Source: Acidimicrobiia bacterium
GTDB lineage: Bacteria; Actinomycetota; Acidimicrobiia; Spongiisociales; ZC4RG35
Assembly: GCA_965203555.1 (NCBI GenBank)
Contig: CBDBCY010000004.1
Span: forward strand, 2,240,001 to 2,304,000
Length of the DNA: 64,000 nucleotides
Direction of reading: 5' to 3'
Shown here: piece after piece, positions 9,369-19,251 of the stretch
How the letters are laid out: each line of letters starts with the position of its first letter
How positions within the stretch are numbered: position 1 is the first letter of the stretch
Notes under the pieces: generated by a model
The model's database searches: none
Told to the model about the DNA's origin: nothing
The model's input: only the letters and a program-made list of their open reading frames with translations
Program-made: the position numbers and the translations under genes

Positions 9369-10502
9369 ATGACTCTTCCTCCACTGCCCATCGCATACCG
9401 GGACCAGTTCTGCGAACCTGCGGGTTTCATGAATTCGGCAGCCATATCGACAGTTTCCCGACTTGTACAGAGCCGAGTGGCCGCCTACGAAACGGACTTG
9501 TGTTCCGGGACCAAGAATCTGAGCATCCTGCTGATGGAGGCTATGCAGCAGGGCCGGCAGGCAATCGCCGAGCTTTTGAATGTGGAGGCGTCCAGGGTGG
9601 GCATAACCCACAGCACCGGAGCGGCTCTATTCCATGTGGCTTTCGGCTTGAGGGGCGGAAACGTGGTGGCGCCGGCGGCCGAGTTCCCCACCAACCTCTA
9701 CCCGTGGATCCGCGCCAGGGAAGCGGGTTTGGTCGATGAGGTGCGACGGGTCCCGCTGCCGGACCATCGTCTCACCGTGGACCACCTGCGGCCTTTCATC
9801 GACCCCTCCACCAGGGTGGTGGCCGTCAGTCATGTGGATTTTGCCACCGGGTACCGGACGGACCTGGGGAAACTGCGTGAAGCCTTCCCGGCGCCGTTGC
9901 TGGTGGTGGACGCCATCCAGTCTCTGGGAGCTTTCGAGGTGGACGCCACCGCCGCCGACGTGGTGGCCGCCGGCAGCCACAAGTGGCTGAGAGCGGGATT
10001 CGGCGGAGCGGCCATGATCGCGTCTGATCGCGCCATGGAGCGCTTGGAGACCACTCTCACCGGATGGCTGGGGGTGGTCGATCCCTTGGACTTCGAGGCT
10101 CCACCTCCCCATCTTCCCTCTCCCACCGCCTCCCGCTACCAGATGAGCAGTGAGCCGGTGATGGGGGCGGTGGCGCTGCGTGCCGCCTGCGAAGTGATCG
10201 AGATGGCCGGTCTGGAAGCTGTCAGCCGGCACATCTCGGCAGCGATGGACCGTCTGGAAGAAGAACTGGGCAGGTCGGGATGCCAATTGCGGAGACCATG
10301 GAAGAGTGACGAGGAGAGGGCGGGGATTCTCACCTTCCAAGTCCCGGGACAGGCATCGGCGCCGATGGTGGAGTCACTCCGTGAACGAGGAGTGGTGCTG
10401 GCCGATCGAGCCGGATGGCTGAGAGCCTCCCCCCATGCCACCACCACCGAAGAGTCGGTGGCCAGACTCCTGGAGGTGCTGTCATCCTTCCTGCGCCGAT
10501 AG
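9369..10502 (+). CDS. Class V PLP-dependent enzyme (cysteine desulfurase/kynureninase fold)
   Basis: EFPTNLYPW, SHVDFATG, VDAIQSLG, GSHKWL (PLP lysine), LRASPH. Confidence 0.88.
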   Translation: MTLPPLPIAYRDQFCEPAGFMNSAAISTVSRLVQSRVAAYETDLCSGTKNLSILLMEAMQQGRQAIAELLNVEASRVGITHSTGAALFHVAFGLRGGNVVAPAAEFPTNLYPWIRAREAGLVDEVRRVPLPDHRLTVDHLRPFIDPSTRVVAVSHVDFATGYRTDLGKLREAFPAPLLVVDAIQSLGAFEVDATAADVVAAGSHKWLRAGFGGAAMIASDRAMERLETTLTGWLGVVDPLDFEAPPPHLPSPTASRYQMSSEPVMGAVALRAACEVIEMAGLEAVSRHISAAMDRLEEELGRSGCQLRRPWKSDEERAGILTFQVPGQASAPMVESLRERGVVLADRAGWLRASPHATTTEESVARLLEVLSSFLRR

Positions 10503-10629
10503 GGAACAGCGCGCACCCTCCCGTGTGGCGATCGTCGAGCAACCGGCGCATTTCCCTCTTGAAAGCCTTTTGGTTTCCGGTCGACCGATCGGAGCAACCG
10601 GCAAACCTACAATTCGATTCGAGCGCATC

Positions 10630-11070
10630 ATGAGCCATCCAAAGCCTGATCTCGCCGATCCCAGCACGTGGCCGTTCGACGACTACGACTACTGGCTGGA
10701 GAACCATCGCGAGCCGGAGGTGGATATGGAGGATCCCCTGCCCACCGTGGACGACGCGGTGCGCTTGGCCGCGGAGGTTGCCCAAAAGGCCAAGGAGGTT
10801 TACAGCGAGAGGCTGGGTCGGGTGTGGCTGCACGGTTCCCGGGCCCGGGGTGATCACCTGCCCCAATCCGACCTCGACCTCGTGTTGGAAAGAGACCGCC
10901 TGGAAGAGGGGTTCAGCCATATCGACGACGAGTTGCTGCGGTATCAGCAGGAACTGTTGCTCGACCGGATGGTGTGGGTGCAGACCTGGTTTATCGAGCA
11001 TGGTCGATGGGACCGTCTTGACGATTACCAGCTAAAAGGGGTCCGACCGTACGCCATCCGGGTGCTGTGA
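10630..11070 (+). CDS. Minimal nucleotidyltransferase (MNT) antitoxin
   Basis: GSRARGDHLPQSDLD matches GSx10DxD. Overlaps the downstream HEPN gene. Start taken at ATG 10630. Confidence 0.85.
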   Translation: MSHPKPDLADPSTWPFDDYDYWLENHREPEVDMEDPLPTVDDAVRLAAEVAQKAKEVYSERLGRVWLHGSRARGDHLPQSDLDLVLERDRLEEGFSHIDDELLRYQQELLLDRMVWVQTWFIEHGRWDRLDDYQLKGVRPYAIRVL

Positions 11071-11471
11071 TGAACAACGGTGAGACCGCCTGGACGCAGA
11101 TGAGAAGAGCGCTGTCCTTCCTGGAGTATGCGGACGACGATCTCCACTCCGGACGCTGGGCGCGCGCTATCTCCAGTTCCTACTACGCAACCTTCCACGC
11201 GGCCAAGGCAGTCCTGGCCTGGACCACAGCCACAGCCAAGACCCATGGCGGGGTGAAACGGTTGTTCTCAAAACACGCGGTGAAGCATTCGGATTTTCCC
11301 TCCGAGGTGGCCGGAACGTTGGGCCGGTTGGAGCAAATGCGCTTGACCGCCGACTACGACGCGGTGGAATGGGAGACCTTCACCATAAAGCAGGCCAGAG
11401 ATGCCACCGACGAGGCGCGGTCCTTTGTCGAGGAAGCCGAGAAGTGGCTGCAGCGTAGGGAGGGGATGTGA
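11067..11471 (+). CDS. HEPN domain protein (UPF0332-like), MNT partner
   Basis: SSSYYATFHAAKAVL, KTHGG, RLTADY. Confidence 0.85.
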   Translation: MMNNGETAWTQMRRALSFLEYADDDLHSGRWARAISSSYYATFHAAKAVLAWTTATAKTHGGVKRLFSKHAVKHSDFPSEVAGTLGRLEQMRLTADYDAVEWETFTIKQARDATDEARSFVEEAEKWLQRREGM

Positions 11472-11492
11472 GGGTTAGCCCGTCTTGACGGT

Positions 11493-12470
11493 TCATCCGT
11501 TGCTATCTACAGCAGGGTAGGGCGGCAGCTCTGAGACAACGTCCGAAGTCGCCTTTACCAACTCTGCCATGAACTCGGCGAGTTTCTGAGCGGTAAGGTG
11601 TTGTTCTGTTTCTTCGCTATTCCATCCGCCCTCAAGACTCCGGATCAGCTTGGCGGCTTTTCGATCGGGTTTGTGATCTTCCTTGAGGGACAGATTTGTG
11701 GGGAGGCGGTCCTGGAATTCTTGGAGATAGCTCTGATTTCCTTTTGCGTTGGGCCCATCTACATACAGATCCACGTATGTTTTATGCTTGTTGCTTCTAA
11801 TCACCCAAGTTGTGTAGGTTGCCAAGGGTACCTTCACAGATGCCCAATGGCTCTTCGGTATCGACGTGTACTGCCAAACATCGAAAGATCGACAGGCTGC
11901 CGCAACCTGAGGAAGGATCAAGCCCCAGTAGGCCGCTAATTTCCTGTCCTGGACCGAATCGGCTTGACGAGCGGCTTTCGCCCGCTGTGACAGTTCCGAC
12001 GGCCCCACAATCTGGGTAAACATCGGCGCGGGCCGTGAGTTGTCAATCTTTATGGCTTCGACCTGAAACAGGTAGGCGTCGATGTTGGCATTGTCGTTGA
12101 GCCACTGGATGGCCTTGGCATGTTCAGGACGCGCCTTTCCGGCAATCCAGATCACTTTGTCTGCCTGGTATGCGGCCAGGTACGTCAGCAATTTGCCGAG
12201 ATGATCGTGGTCGGTGCCTTCCAGTTGGTTTTCGATGACCACCTTGCCGGGCTCGCCGCGATCGGTGCTGGAGTCACCCACGATATCCACCGAGAATCCG
12301 CCGGCGGCCGCCTCGCGCTCGATTGAGTCGGGATCTATGTCGAAGGGCAGGTTCTCGTTGAGCAGGTCGATATTCCCGGCTAACCAAGGGGTGAAGTCGT
12401 TGGCTTCGTGGGGCCAGACGGTGCGTAGGGCCACCCGCTCCATCTGACCCAGTTCGATTCGCTCTCCCAT
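11493..12470 (-). CDS. DUF4268-associated PD-(D/E)XK endonuclease-like protein
   Basis: VWPHEANDFTPWL, VDIVG, VVIENQL, TDHDHLGKLLTY, IQWLN. Confidence 0.75.
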   Translation of the reverse strand: MGERIELGQMERVALRTVWPHEANDFTPWLAGNIDLLNENLPFDIDPDSIEREAAAGGFSVDIVGDSSTDRGEPGKVVIENQLEGTDHDHLGKLLTYLAAYQADKVIWIAGKARPEHAKAIQWLNDNANIDAYLFQVEAIKIDNSRPAPMFTQIVGPSELSQRAKAARQADSVQDRKLAAYWGLILPQVAAACRSFDVWQYTSIPKSHWASVKVPLATYTTWVIRSNKHKTYVDLYVDGPNAKGNQSYLQEFQDRLPTNLSLKEDHKPDRKAAKLIRSLEGGWNSEETEQHLTAQKLAEFMAELVKATSDVVSELPPYPAVDSNG

Positions 12471-12482
12471 GGTCGGGCCAGT

Positions 12483-12926
12483 TTAGATAGCTACGGCGTC
12501 GTCCAATTCGGCGACCTGTTCGGCTAATTCCGGGAGCGGAAGGGAGTCGCTCACTGTTGCCTGCTCCGGTACGGAGGCGGTGGGGACCGGGTGGTCGGCG
12601 ACCCAGATCACCCTTCGCACCCCTGCTTCCGCAACGGCTTGCGCCCACTGCTCGAAGAGTTCACGGGCGTCGGATGCAAAGGAAATCTCCCGGCCGTCGT
12701 GGGCGGCCTGGCAGACCAGGACCGCGGTGTGGCAGCGAAGGCAGGCGCCTGACACGTGCGAGGTATCCGAGACATCACCCAACGCCACCTTGATGCCCCG
12801 CTCCTTGAGCCGCGCTCCATGCGAAGGCTCGGAGACAAATGCTCTCACTTCCCGATCGGGACCGGCCACCCGGTCGATGATCCGCTCCCCGATGGCAGTG
12901 TCGGCCCCGACCACGATCACCGGCAT
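12483..12926 (-). CDS. Short NAD(P)-binding Rossmann (NmrA-like) protein
   Basis: VIVVGADTAIG, VRAFV, VALGDVSD, AGVRRVIW. Confidence 0.7.
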   Translation of the reverse strand: MPVIVVGADTAIGERIIDRVAGPDREVRAFVSEPSHGARLKERGIKVALGDVSDTSHVSGACLRCHTAVLVCQAAHDGREISFASDARELFEQWAQAVAEAGVRRVIWVADHPVPTASVPEQATVSDSLPLPELAEQVAELDDAVAI

Positions 12927-13032
12927 CCCGATGGCTCCCTACCGAAGGTCTTCTGGCTGTTCAATCCGGTATCCGGGTTTTTGACATAGGCGATTTCCGT
13001 TAGGTTAATGGTTTCCTGGCATCGGGGGGCCT

Positions 13033-16000
13033 TTGGAGAAATCAGGTCTAGTCAACAAACCGGGTCACCGCTTCCATCATGACGCCTGCGGGGTGGGATT
13101 GATCGCGGCCCGCAATAGAACGCCTTCCTTCGGGATGACCAGGTTGGCGGTGGAATGCCTGGTGCGGCTCGATCATCGCGGCGCCAGGACCGCCGACGGC
13201 ACGGGCGACGGCGCCGGCATTTTGACCCAGGTTCCCCACCGTTTGCTGAGAAGGCATCTGACCGGCATCGGAATCTCCCCACCCGAACGCCTGGGTGTGG
13301 TCATGGCATTTCTCCCTGCACGCGATACCGAGGCCGGGGAGGAGGTCGTCACGGACGCCCTGGCGCAGGAGGGCATTTCCTTCCTGGCGTGGCGTTCCGT
13401 TCCCAACGATCCCGAGGTGCTCAGCCCTCGCGCCCGAGGTTTGATGCCGGTGATTCGCCAGGCTCTGGTGGAGGTCCCCGAGTATCTCGATTCGGAGGAA
13501 TTCGAGAGGAGGATGCTGCTGGCCAGAAAGCGCATGGAGAGGGAGGGTGAGGGCCTCGAATCCTTCTCGATTCCCAGCGCCTCGGCCGGTACCGTGGTCT
13601 ACAAGGGCCTTTTCACCGCCAAGCGGATCAGTGATTTCTACTGGGATCTGATGGATCCCGACTTTGAGACCTCGTTCGCCATCTTTCACCAGCGGTACTC
13701 GACCAACACCTCTCCTGCCTGGGAGATCGCCCAGCCCTTCCGGTCTCTGGCTCACAACGGGGAGATCAACACCATCTCGGCTAACCGGAGTTGGATCAAG
13801 GGGCGGGAACGCAACGCAAGATCGGAGATCTGGGGAGACCGGTTGAAGGACCTCCGGCCATTCGTGCAGGCCGGCCTCTCGGACTCCGCCAGCCTGGACA
13901 ACGTATTCGAGATACTGTTGCGCTCCGGTCGGTCGTTGGCTCATGTCAAGGAAATGCTCATTCCGCCCGCCCTGGATCGATCCTTCACCCTCAAGTCCGA
14001 GATCCAGGACTTCTACGAATACCACGCCTCTCTGACGGAACCCTGGGACGGCCCGGCAGCGGTGGCGGTCACTGACGGGATCTCGCTTCTGGCCGGAATG
14101 GACCGCAACGGATTGCGTCCGGCTCGTTGGACGATCACTCCCGACATTCTGATAGTGGCTTCGGAAGCAGGCGTATGCCCCGCCGAAGAGGCAAAGGCGG
14201 AGCGGACCGGGCAACTGGGACCGGGAGAGGCTCTGCTCTTTGATGGGCGCAGTGGCGAGATCCGTTTCAGCGACGAGATACGCTCTGAATTGTCACAACT
14301 CCACCCCTACGGGGAGTGGACCCAGCACCAAACTCTGTACGTCCAAAAGCCATTCTCGGCCCAGGTCCGCTTCGAGTTGGAACATGAGCGGCTGTGCCGG
14401 GTTTTCGGATACACCGCCGAAGAGCGGCGCTTGATTCTCACTGAGATGGCACTGGGGAAGAGCCCTCTTGGATCCATGGGCAATGACACTCCTCTGGCTG
14501 CCTTCTCGGGACGTCCCCGCCGGCTGAGCCACTATTTCCATCAACTCTTCGCCCAGGTGACCAATCCCCCCATGGACCCCATCCGGGAGAAGGCGGTGAT
14601 GTCGCAACGCACCTATCTGGGAGGACGGGGGTCGTTCCTGGAAGATACCTACCGGCCATTTGCCCGCATAGAGCTGATGTCCCCGGTGCTTTCCCTGGCC
14701 GAGTTGGAGACTGTGGTCAGATCAGGCGATTCTCGTCTTTTCTCTCATTGGATTCCATGCGTTTGGCCGGTTACCGAGGGCCGGGGGGGGATGAAACGAA
14801 GGTTGGACGAGATCTGCGAGGAGGCGGTGCAGGCGACCGAACAGGGGGCCAGCATCATTGTCCTTTCCGATCGGGAGGTGGATGCAGACCATGCCCCCAC
14901 TCCCATGATGCTGGCGGTGGGGGCGGTCCACAAACGCCTGATAGAGACAGGGCTTCGGCTGCAGGTCTCCATAGTGGCCGTGTCCGGGGAAACCCGGGAC
15001 AGTCACGATCTGGCCTGCCTGGTGGCTTACGGCGCCTCGGCCGTGAACCCGTACCTGGCTATTCGTGAGGTCATGCAGATGGCCCGTGACCGGGTGTTGA
15101 AGGTGAATCCGGTGGAAGCCCAGGAGAATTACCGAAACGCTTTGCAGAACGGTCTGTTGAAGGTGATGTCCAAGATGGGGATCTGCACGGTTTCGGCATA
15201 CCGGGGAGGCGAATTGTTCGAAGCCCTGGGTCTGGATGCGGAGGTGTTGGAATACGCCTTTCCCAACACGCCCAGCAGGCTTTCGGGCCGCAGCTTCGAT
15301 CACCTCGCTTGGAATGTGCTCAGATTGCACTCGCAGTACGGGTCGGGAGTGGAGGCGCCGGGCGGTTTCTACAAACAGCGGGGCCGGGGAGAGTTCCATG
15401 TAACGAGCCCCAGCGTGGTGCTGGCCCTGCAAAAGGCCGCCCGGGCAGGGGACCATCACAATTGGGATCGCTACCTGCAAACCATCCAGCGCAGACCGGT
15501 AACTCACATACGGGACTTGCTCACCTTCGTGGAACGAACTCCGGTGCTGCTGTCGGAAGTCGAGCCGGCCGAGGAGATCATGCGCCGCTTCGTCACCTCG
15601 GCGATGTCTCACGGCGCGCTTTCCAAGGAAGCGCACGAAGCCTTGGCCCAGGCGATGACCCTGATCGGCGGGAATTCCAACTCCGGAGAAGGAGGGGAAG
15701 GCACCGACCGGTACGACACGCCTCGCAACTCTTCGATCAAGCAGGTCGCCAGCGGTCGGTTCGGGGTTACGCCCGGTTATCTCCACTCCGCCAGCGAACT
15801 GCAGATCAAGATGGCGCAGGGTTCCAAGCCCGGGGAAGGAGGCCAGCTACCCGGCCATAAGGTATCTCCGGAGATTGCCCGCCTGCGCCACACCAAACCG
15901 GGGGTGACTCTCATCTCCCCTCCGCCACACCACGACATCTATTCCATCGAAGATCTTGCCCAACTCATCTACGACCTGAAGACCTTCAAGCCGTCGGTGA

Positions 16001-17424
16001 GGGTCTCGGTAAAGCTGGTGTCCGAGCCTGGTGTGGGGACCATTGCCGCCGGAGTGGTCAAAGCCCAAGCCGATGTGGTGCTCATCTCCGGCGCCGAGGG
16101 AGGAACCGGCGCCTCGCCGCTTGAATCCATAAAGCACGCGGGTTCTCCCTGGGAACTGGGATTGGCGGAAGCACATCAGACATTGATGGCCAACGGACTG
16201 CGGGAAGGAGTACGGTTGGAGACCGATGGAGGGTTGCGGACCGGACGGGATGTGGTGATCGCCGCCTTGCTGGGAGCTGATCGCTTCGGGTTCGGGACTT
16301 TGCCTCTACTGGCGTTGGGCTGCAAGATGGTGCGGCAGTGCCATCTGAACACCTGTCCGGTGGGTATAGCCACCCAACGAGAAGATCTGCGGGCCAAGTA
16401 CACCGGGAAGGTGGAGCAGGTGGTGGCGGTCTTCGAGCTATTGGCCGAGGAAGTGAGGCGTTACCTGGCCCTATTGGGCGCTCGACGCCTGGGGGAAGTG
16501 GTCGGACGGTCGGATCTGCTGGCACCGGTGGACCATTCCCTGGCTGCCAGTCTCGGCCCTCTGCTGGTGCGATCCGATGCTCGGCGACGACATCCGGGAT
16601 TCCGGGTGTTCAGAGTTTCCAATCTGTCCCGGCGGCTGGCCGAGGAGGCCGAGGAGGCAATCGAGACTGCCACCCCGATTCGCCTCTCCTACCCCATCTC
16701 CAATACGGATCGAACGGTTGGGGCTCGCCTGTCGGGGATGGTGACCGACCGGTGGGGAGAGAAGGGTTTGGAGGAGGACTGTGTCTCGGTGACACTTTCG
16801 GGAACGGCGGGACAGAGTTTCGGTGCATGGCTGGCGCCGGGCATCTCCCTACGACTGGACGGAGTGGCCAACGATTACGTGGGCAAGGGTATGGGAGGCG
16901 GCAGGATTGTAGTGGCGCCGCGGCGCAGCCCACACCATCCCGACGCCTCGGTCCACGCCGCCGGCAATGCCGTGTTGTACGGCGCCACCGGAGGGATGCT
17001 GTTCATTTCGGGAACCGTGGGACAGCGGTTTGCGGTCCGGAATTCGGGAGGAACCGCGGTGGTGGAGGGCTGCTCTGACCACGGATGCGAATACATGACC
17101 GGGGGGAGGGTAGTGATTCTCGGTCCGGTCGGAGGCAACTTCGCGGCGGGAATGACCGGGGGGGTGAGTTACGTATGGGATCCGGAATTCCGGCTTCAGG
17201 GTTTTTTGGCCGATACCTCTCCGGCGGTGCGCCGACCAACCAGCCAGGACCAGGAAAACATTCGTGACCTGGTACTGCTCCATCTCCAACACACCAACAG
17301 CCCGGTTGCAAGGCAGGTCTTGGAATGGTGGTCGCGAGAGGCAAGTCGTTTCTGGGTCTTGGAGGCCGCCCGCCGGGTCCCGCTCGGTCCCACGCAGCCA
17401 CTGGTGGCGTCGGTCCGTCCCTGA
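13033..17424 (+). CDS. gltB: Glutamate synthase large subunit
   Basis: HDACGVG (N-terminal catalytic Cys), HQRYSTNT, HNGEINT, FAQVTNPP, IKQVASGRFGV, CKMVRQCHLNTCPVG (3Fe-4S), GXGXG domain. Confidence 0.97.
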   Translation: MEKSGLVNKPGHRFHHDACGVGLIAARNRTPSFGMTRLAVECLVRLDHRGARTADGTGDGAGILTQVPHRLLRRHLTGIGISPPERLGVVMAFLPARDTEAGEEVVTDALAQEGISFLAWRSVPNDPEVLSPRARGLMPVIRQALVEVPEYLDSEEFERRMLLARKRMEREGEGLESFSIPSASAGTVVYKGLFTAKRISDFYWDLMDPDFETSFAIFHQRYSTNTSPAWEIAQPFRSLAHNGEINTISANRSWIKGRERNARSEIWGDRLKDLRPFVQAGLSDSASLDNVFEILLRSGRSLAHVKEMLIPPALDRSFTLKSEIQDFYEYHASLTEPWDGPAAVAVTDGISLLAGMDRNGLRPARWTITPDILIVASEAGVCPAEEAKAERTGQLGPGEALLFDGRSGEIRFSDEIRSELSQLHPYGEWTQHQTLYVQKPFSAQVRFELEHERLCRVFGYTAEERRLILTEMALGKSPLGSMGNDTPLAAFSGRPRRLSHYFHQLFAQVTNPPMDPIREKAVMSQRTYLGGRGSFLEDTYRPFARIELMSPVLSLAELETVVRSGDSRLFSHWIPCVWPVTEGRGGMKRRLDEICEEAVQATEQGASIIVLSDREVDADHAPTPMMLAVGAVHKRLIETGLRLQVSIVAVSGETRDSHDLACLVAYGASAVNPYLAIREVMQMARDRVLKVNPVEAQENYRNALQNGLLKVMSKMGICTVSAYRGGELFEALGLDAEVLEYAFPNTPSRLSGRSFDHLAWNVLRLHSQYGSGVEAPGGFYKQRGRGEFHVTSPSVVLALQKAARAGDHHNWDRYLQTIQRRPVTHIRDLLTFVERTPVLLSEVEPAEEIMRRFVTSAMSHGALSKEAHEALAQAMTLIGGNSNSGEGGEGTDRYDTPRNSSIKQVASGRFGVTPGYLHSASELQIKMAQGSKPGEGGQLPGHKVSPEIARLRHTKPGVTLISPPPHHDIYSIEDLAQLIYDLKTFKPSVRVSVKLVSEPGVGTIAAGVVKAQADVVLISGAEGGTGASPLESIKHAGSPWELGLAEAHQTLMANGLREGVRLETDGGLRTGRDVVIAALLGADRFGFGTLPLLALGCKMVRQCHLNTCPVGIATQREDLRAKYTGKVEQVVAVFELLAEEVRRYLALLGARRLGEVVGRSDLLAPVDHSLAASLGPLLVRSDARRRHPGFRVFRVSNLSRRLAEEAEEAIETATPIRLSYPISNTDRTVGARLSGMVTDRWGEKGLEEDCVSVTLSGTAGQSFGAWLAPGISLRLDGVANDYVGKGMGGGRIVVAPRRSPHHPDASVHAAGNAVLYGATGGMLFISGTVGQRFAVRNSGGTAVVEGCSDHGCEYMTGGRVVILGPVGGNFAAGMTGGVSYVWDPEFRLQGFLADTSPAVRRPTSQDQENIRDLVLLHLQHTNSPVARQVLEWWSREASRFWVLEAARRVPLGPTQPLVASVRP

Positions 17425-17502
17425 GCAGGGAATTCGCGGATGCGACATCTCCCGCGGGGTGGTACCATTTGAAAGACCAACGGTCATTGGTGAAAGAGGT
17501 GA

Positions 17503-18918
17503 GTGGTGGCAACCGTCGATATTGATTTGGGCGCCTACAAGCTGGGATGGCATGATTCCGAGGAAGACTATGTCTTCAAGCCCCAGAAGGGGCTGTCGGA
17601 GGAGATCATCCGACAGATGTCGGCCATGAAAGAAGAGCCGGAGTGGATGCTTAAATTCCGGTTGCGGGCCTACAAGCGATTCCAGGCCAGGCCTATTCCC
17701 ACTTGGGGTGGGGGAGGCTTGCTCGACGAGATCGACTTTGACAACATCTACTACTACGTCAAACCCACCGAGGAGCAGGCCGACACTTGGGACATGGTTC
17801 CCGAGGAGATCAAGGACACCTATGAGAAGTTGGGGATTCCGGAGGCGGAGCGTAAGTTCCTGGCCGGGGTGACCGCTCAGTACGAGTCGGAGGTCGTGTA
17901 CCACCGCAACCGGGACGACCTTGAGGAAATGGGTGTGCTGTTCTGCGACATGGACACCGCGGTCCGCGAATACCCCGACCTGGTGCGAAAGTACTTCGGG
18001 ACAGTCATTCCGCCCAACGACAATAAGTTCGCTGCCCTCAATTCGGCGGTTTGGTCGGGCGGTTCTTTCATCTACGTGCCCCCGGGTGTGCATGTGGAAC
18101 AACCGCTTCAGGCCTATTTCCGCATCAACTCCGAGAACATGGGCCAATTCGAGCGGACCCTGATCATTGTTGACGAGGGCGCCTACTGCCACTACGTGGA
18201 AGGTTGCTCGGCGCCGCTGTACACCACCGATTCGCTCCACTCGGCAGTGGTGGAGATCGTGGTGCTGCGCGGAGGCCGGTGTCGCTACACCACCATCCAG
18301 AACTGGTCGAACAACGTGTTCAACCTGGTCACCAAACGAGCCGCCGCCTACGCCGACGCCACCATGGAATGGGTCGACGGCAATTTAGGATCGAGGCTTA
18401 CTATGAAGTATCCGGCGGTCTGGTTGATGGAGCCGGGCGCCCACGGGGAGGTACTGTCGATCGCCTTCGCCAATTCGGGCCAGCACCAGGATGCGGGGGC
18501 CAAGATGGTGCATGTCGCCCCCGACACCACGTCCACCATCGTTTCCAAATCCATCTCCCGGGCCGGCGGCCGGGCGGGATACCGGGGGCTGGTCAGAGTG
18601 GAACCGGGAGCGGAGCGGTCGAAGAGCTTCGTCCGCTGCGATGCCCTGATCCTGGACGAAGAGTCACGCTCCGACACCTATCCGTACATGGAGATCGAGG
18701 AAAACGACGCCGAAATCGGCCACGAAGCGACCGTCTCCAAGGTGGGGGAGGAGCAGTTGTTCTATTTGATGAGCCGAGGGCTCACCGAGGACCAGGCCAC
18801 ATCGATGGTGGTGGCCGGGTTCATCGAACCGATCGTGAAGGAACTCCCCATGGAGTATGCGGTCGAGATGAACCGGCTCATCGAGTTGAACATGGTGGAG
18901 GCAGGCGCCATCGGCTGA
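17503..18918 (+). CDS. sufB: Fe-S cluster assembly protein SufB
   Basis: [60 protein letters not shown]. Confidence 0.97.
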   Translation: MVATVDIDLGAYKLGWHDSEEDYVFKPQKGLSEEIIRQMSAMKEEPEWMLKFRLRAYKRFQARPIPTWGGGGLLDEIDFDNIYYYVKPTEEQADTWDMVPEEIKDTYEKLGIPEAERKFLAGVTAQYESEVVYHRNRDDLEEMGVLFCDMDTAVREYPDLVRKYFGTVIPPNDNKFAALNSAVWSGGSFIYVPPGVHVEQPLQAYFRINSENMGQFERTLIIVDEGAYCHYVEGCSAPLYTTDSLHSAVVEIVVLRGGRCRYTTIQNWSNNVFNLVTKRAAAYADATMEWVDGNLGSRLTMKYPAVWLMEPGAHGEVLSIAFANSGQHQDAGAKMVHVAPDTTSTIVSKSISRAGGRAGYRGLVRVEPGAERSKSFVRCDALILDEESRSDTYPYMEIEENDAEIGHEATVSKVGEEQLFYLMSRGLTEDQATSMVVAGFIEPIVKELPMEYAVEMNRLIELNMVEAGAIG

Positions 18919-18930
18919 CCGGGGCGGGAT

Positions 18931-19206
18931 TCAGGCCGAGTGACGGTGGCGGTTGTCACGTCCGCTCAGCAGGTTGAGCAACGCCACAAACAGTGCTGCG
19001 CCGAGAATCGCCCAGATCACCGGGAAGTCCGCCACCTCCCACAGGGTGGGCCATCCCAGCAGGCCAGCCAGCCAGGAACCCAGCAGGGAACCGATCCAGC
19101 CCAGGGCGATGGATGCCCAGCAGCCCGTCGATTGACGACCGGCCAGCCGGGCGCCGATCGCCCCGGCCAACGCCGCGATCACTACCGACAGCAGGAAACC
19201 GAACAT
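18931..19206 (-). CDS. GlsB/YeaQ/YmgE family small membrane protein
   Basis: MFGFLLSVVIAALAGAIGARL ... GWIGSLLG ... AILGAALFV. Start at ATG 19206. Confidence 0.8.
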   Translation of the reverse strand: MFGFLLSVVIAALAGAIGARLAGRQSTGCWASIALGWIGSLLGSWLAGLLGWPTLWEVADFPVIWAILGAALFVALLNLLSGRDNRHRHSA

Positions 19207-19251
19207 GGGACATACCTTAACCCAACGGGTACCTAATCTCGGCCAATAGAG

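Noticed and set aside
9369-10502. Class V PLP enzyme as the missing SufS
   Set aside because: It lacks the C-terminal catalytic Cys loop (RxGHHCA); the region reads DRAGWLRASPH.
12981-13009. Sigma-70 promoter for gltB (TTGACA)
   Set aside because: There is a perfect -35 box but no convincing -10 box at 16-18 bp spacing.
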